From Squalus acanthias (Eukaryota), in contig CM059432.1 of the NCBI GenBank assembly GCA_030390025.1, positions 73,100,001 through 73,164,000 on the forward strand: a stretch of 64,000 nucleotides of DNA. The letters are read 5' to 3'. Every line of letters starts with the position of its first letter. Position 1 is the stretch's first letter. Shown in pieces: positions 61,449 to 64,000 of this stretch. The translations under genes and the position numbers were made by a program. The notes beneath the pieces are model-generated. The model was not told the origin of the DNA. It saw nothing but the letters and a program-made list of their open reading frames with translations, and did no database searches.

Positions 61449-62306
61449 GGGCTGGATTTTACTCACCGAGACGCGTTGGGGGCGGGACTGCTGCCTTCCG
61501 GGTTCTAGTTCCGCCCCCAGCGATGTCCGATGCACAGATGCTATTTTCCCCTGATTGGCCTGGTTAAGCCCGCCCTGTGGGCTTGCTGGCCAATTAAGGG
61601 AAAGCTGGTGTCAGATGACGTCAGTTGATGACGCTTCATCTGCCGGTTTTCTTAAAGGCACATGAACCATAAATTTTTGACAGATGATTTGACAGTATTT
61701 GACAGCATTGAGGTGCAGTCAAACACTGAATCACTGTGTGAGCCCTTACACCCAGGCTCTCCAGTGACTCTCTCCTTAGGATGAAACAGATGGCAGCTGC
61801 AGGTGAGGGTACAGAAGCGATCTGTCACTTCTCCCATTGAGGTGAAGCTACACAAACACTTCAAAGCTTGTCACCCACAGAAAAATCTAAACACCTTAAA
61901 AATGACTTTCCCAACATTTCCTTACCTCTGATACTCACCAGTGTCCCAATGCATCCTTCACACCACTTCTGCAGCTGTCATCTATACACCAACATAACAA
62001 CAGACCCACAGCACGCCTCACTTACCCTGGCGGGGTCCCCCGGCGTCAGGAAGCCTGCAGCAGAAGTCTCAAAATTGGAAAAAGCCTCTTAACTGCCTGT
62101 TAACTACCTGTTAACAGACATATAGTGGCTATAACCCTCTTCCCGCCGCTAGGAGTTGGGACCCTGTGCAAATCGGGGATCCGACTCCCGGGAAGATTTT
62201 TTGGAGGCGGGTTGGGAGCGGGTTCAGGACCCGCTCCCATTCTTTTTGACTTTCCCAGCAGTCCTGCCTCCAAACCCGCCTCCTCAGGGCTGGTAAAATC
62301 CAGCCC
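61449..62306. mobile_element. Harbinger internal-deletion derivative
   Basis: 14-bp perfect TIR GGGCTGGATTTTAC; TSD TCT; ends homologous to 26566-27446 and to the right end of 11188-15755. Confidence 0.9.
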
Positions 62307-62350
62307 TCTATGTGTGCCTCAATGATCTACCCAACTGAGAGAATATTATA

Positions 62351-62536
62351 GGGGGTCATTTTCAAATTTGATGGGGGTGGAAAACTGGCGATAGTAGATT
62401 AGCCACCCGTTATAAACCTTGCCCAATTTTCCTTTCCATTGAAGTCAATGCAAAATAAAATTGAGCGGTGTGTATAAAGGCCAACTGATCCACTACCATC
62501 AGTTTACTGCTCCTGCCGAAGTTGAAAATGACCCCC
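62351..62536. mobile_element. Fully palindromic MITE
   Basis: GGGGGTCATTTTCAA / TTGAAAATGACCCCC; dyad centre CATTGAAGTCAATG. Confidence 0.8.
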
Positions 62537-62794
62537 CTACATCTCTTCTGAAGGAGTACCACAACTGCAAGTTCAGATCACTTGCTCACAAATTTAATGG
62601 CTCACTTTCCCCTCACAATAAGCACATCCTGCAAGCTGAGTTTTCAAAAATATATGAGGAGTGTGTAACATTCACTGGTTTCTGTTCAAAGAAAGATGTA
62701 TGGGAGCATGTAGTCTTAAGAACAGAAAGAAGCGTGGAACAAGAAAAGGCATTTCAGCTCATCAAACCCCTTTCCTCTACAATAGAAAAGAAAA

Positions 62795-63075
62795 ATAACT
62801 TGCATTTATATAGTGCCATTCATGACCTTATTATGTCCCAAAGTATTTTAAATGAAGTACTTTTTGAAATGTAGTCACTGTTGTAATGTAAGGAAACACG
62901 GCAGCCAATTTGCACACAGCAAGGTCCCACAAACAGCAATAAGATACATGACCAGATAATCTGTTATTTTAGTGATGTAGGTTGAGGGATAAATATTGGC
63001 CCTCTCCTGCTCTTCTTTGAATTGTGCCATGGTATCTTCTTTATCCACCTGAGAGTTTAACATCTCATCCGAAAG
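62795..63075 (-). mobile_element. Deu-SINE 3' half, cut off by a CR1
   Basis: Reverse complement of 10795-11115. Confidence 0.8.
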
Positions 63076-64000
63076 ACATAAGAACATAAGAAAATAAGAA
63101 ATAGGAGCAGGAGTAGGCCATTTGGCCCCTCGAGCCTGCTCCACCATTCAATAAGATCATGACTGATCTTCTACCTCAACTCCACTTTCTTGCACTATCC
63201 CCATATCCCTTGATTCCCTTAATATCCAAAAATCTATCGATCTCTGTCTTGAATATACTAAACGAGTGAGACTCCACAGCTCTCTGGGGTAGAGAATTCT
63301 AAAGATTCACCACCCTCTGAACGAAGAAATTTCTCCTCATCTCAGTCCTAAATGGCCAACCCCTTATTCTGAGACTGTGACCCCTGGTTCTAGACTCCCC
63401 AGCCAGGGGAAACATCCTCCCTGTATCTACCCTGTCAAGCCCTGTAAGAATTCTGTATGTTTCAGTGAGATCACCTCTCATTCTTCTAAACTCCAGAGAA
63501 TATAGGCCTAGTCTACTCAATCTCTCCTCATAGGACAATCCCCCCATCCCAGGAATCAGTCTGGTGAATCTGCGTTGCACTCCCTCTATGATAAGTATAT
63601 CCTTCCTTAGGTAAGGAGACCAAAACTGTACACAATACTCCAGGTGTGGTCTCACCAGGGCCCTATATAATTGCAGTAAGGCATCTTTACTCTTATACTC
63701 AAATCCTCTTGTAATAAAGGCCAACATACCATTTGCTTTCCTAATTGCTTGCTGTACCTGCATGTTAACTTTCAGTGATTCATGTACAAGGACACCCAGG
63801 TCCCTCTGAACACCAACATTTCCCAATCTCTCACCATTTAAAAAATACTCTGCTTTTATATTTTTCTTACCGAAGTGGATAACTTCACATTTCTCCACAT
63901 TATATTCTATTTGCCATGTTCTTGCCCACTCACTTAGCCTGTCTATATCCCCTTGAAGCCTCTTGGCATCCTCCTCACAACTTACATTCCCACCTAGCTT
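63076..64000 (-). mobile_element. CR1, continues beyond the window
   Basis: ORF 63299-63898 is the RT C-terminus; CATAAGAA tail. Confidence 0.95.

Noticed and set aside
62461..62874. 137-aa ORF
   Set aside because: Starts in a MITE, ends in a SINE tail, has a non-ATG start and no recognisable domain

Overview
Eukaryotic, repeat-dominated DNA, most consistent with a cartilaginous fish (shark) intron or gene desert. This assignment is inferred from the mix of CR1 LINEs with (CATAGAA)n tails, Deu-domain SINEs, Penelope elements and Harbinger elements. No intact host gene is visible, and nearly all listed ORFs are decayed transposon frames or their antisense shadows. The window contains: about 11 CR1 copies, one near full length (SGNH esterase, APE endonuclease, RT) and interrupted by nested insertions; L2, RTE and another CR1/L2-group LINE; a Penelope element (RT plus GIY-YIG) and several pLTR pieces with minimal hammerhead ribozymes; about 5 decayed PIF/Harbinger elements (spliced Myb/SANT gene and/or DDE transposase) and many MITEs with GG-N4-RATTT termini and 3-bp TSDs; tRNA-headed SINEs; and a 32-bp minisatellite. 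TE-poor AT-rich blocks (32.1-33.2, 47.9-48.9, 50.7-56.4 kb) look like conserved non-coding elements. There is one candidate minus-strand coding exon (1234-1320) and one candidate recursive splice site (about 45556). The most striking observations are a 129-bp hammerhead-containing mini-element with a 6-bp TSD, an identical inverted 80-nt copy of it pasted 1.2 kb away, and a perfect 35-bp fold-back insertion. Family names come from recognised motifs, not from database searches, and many boundaries are approximate.
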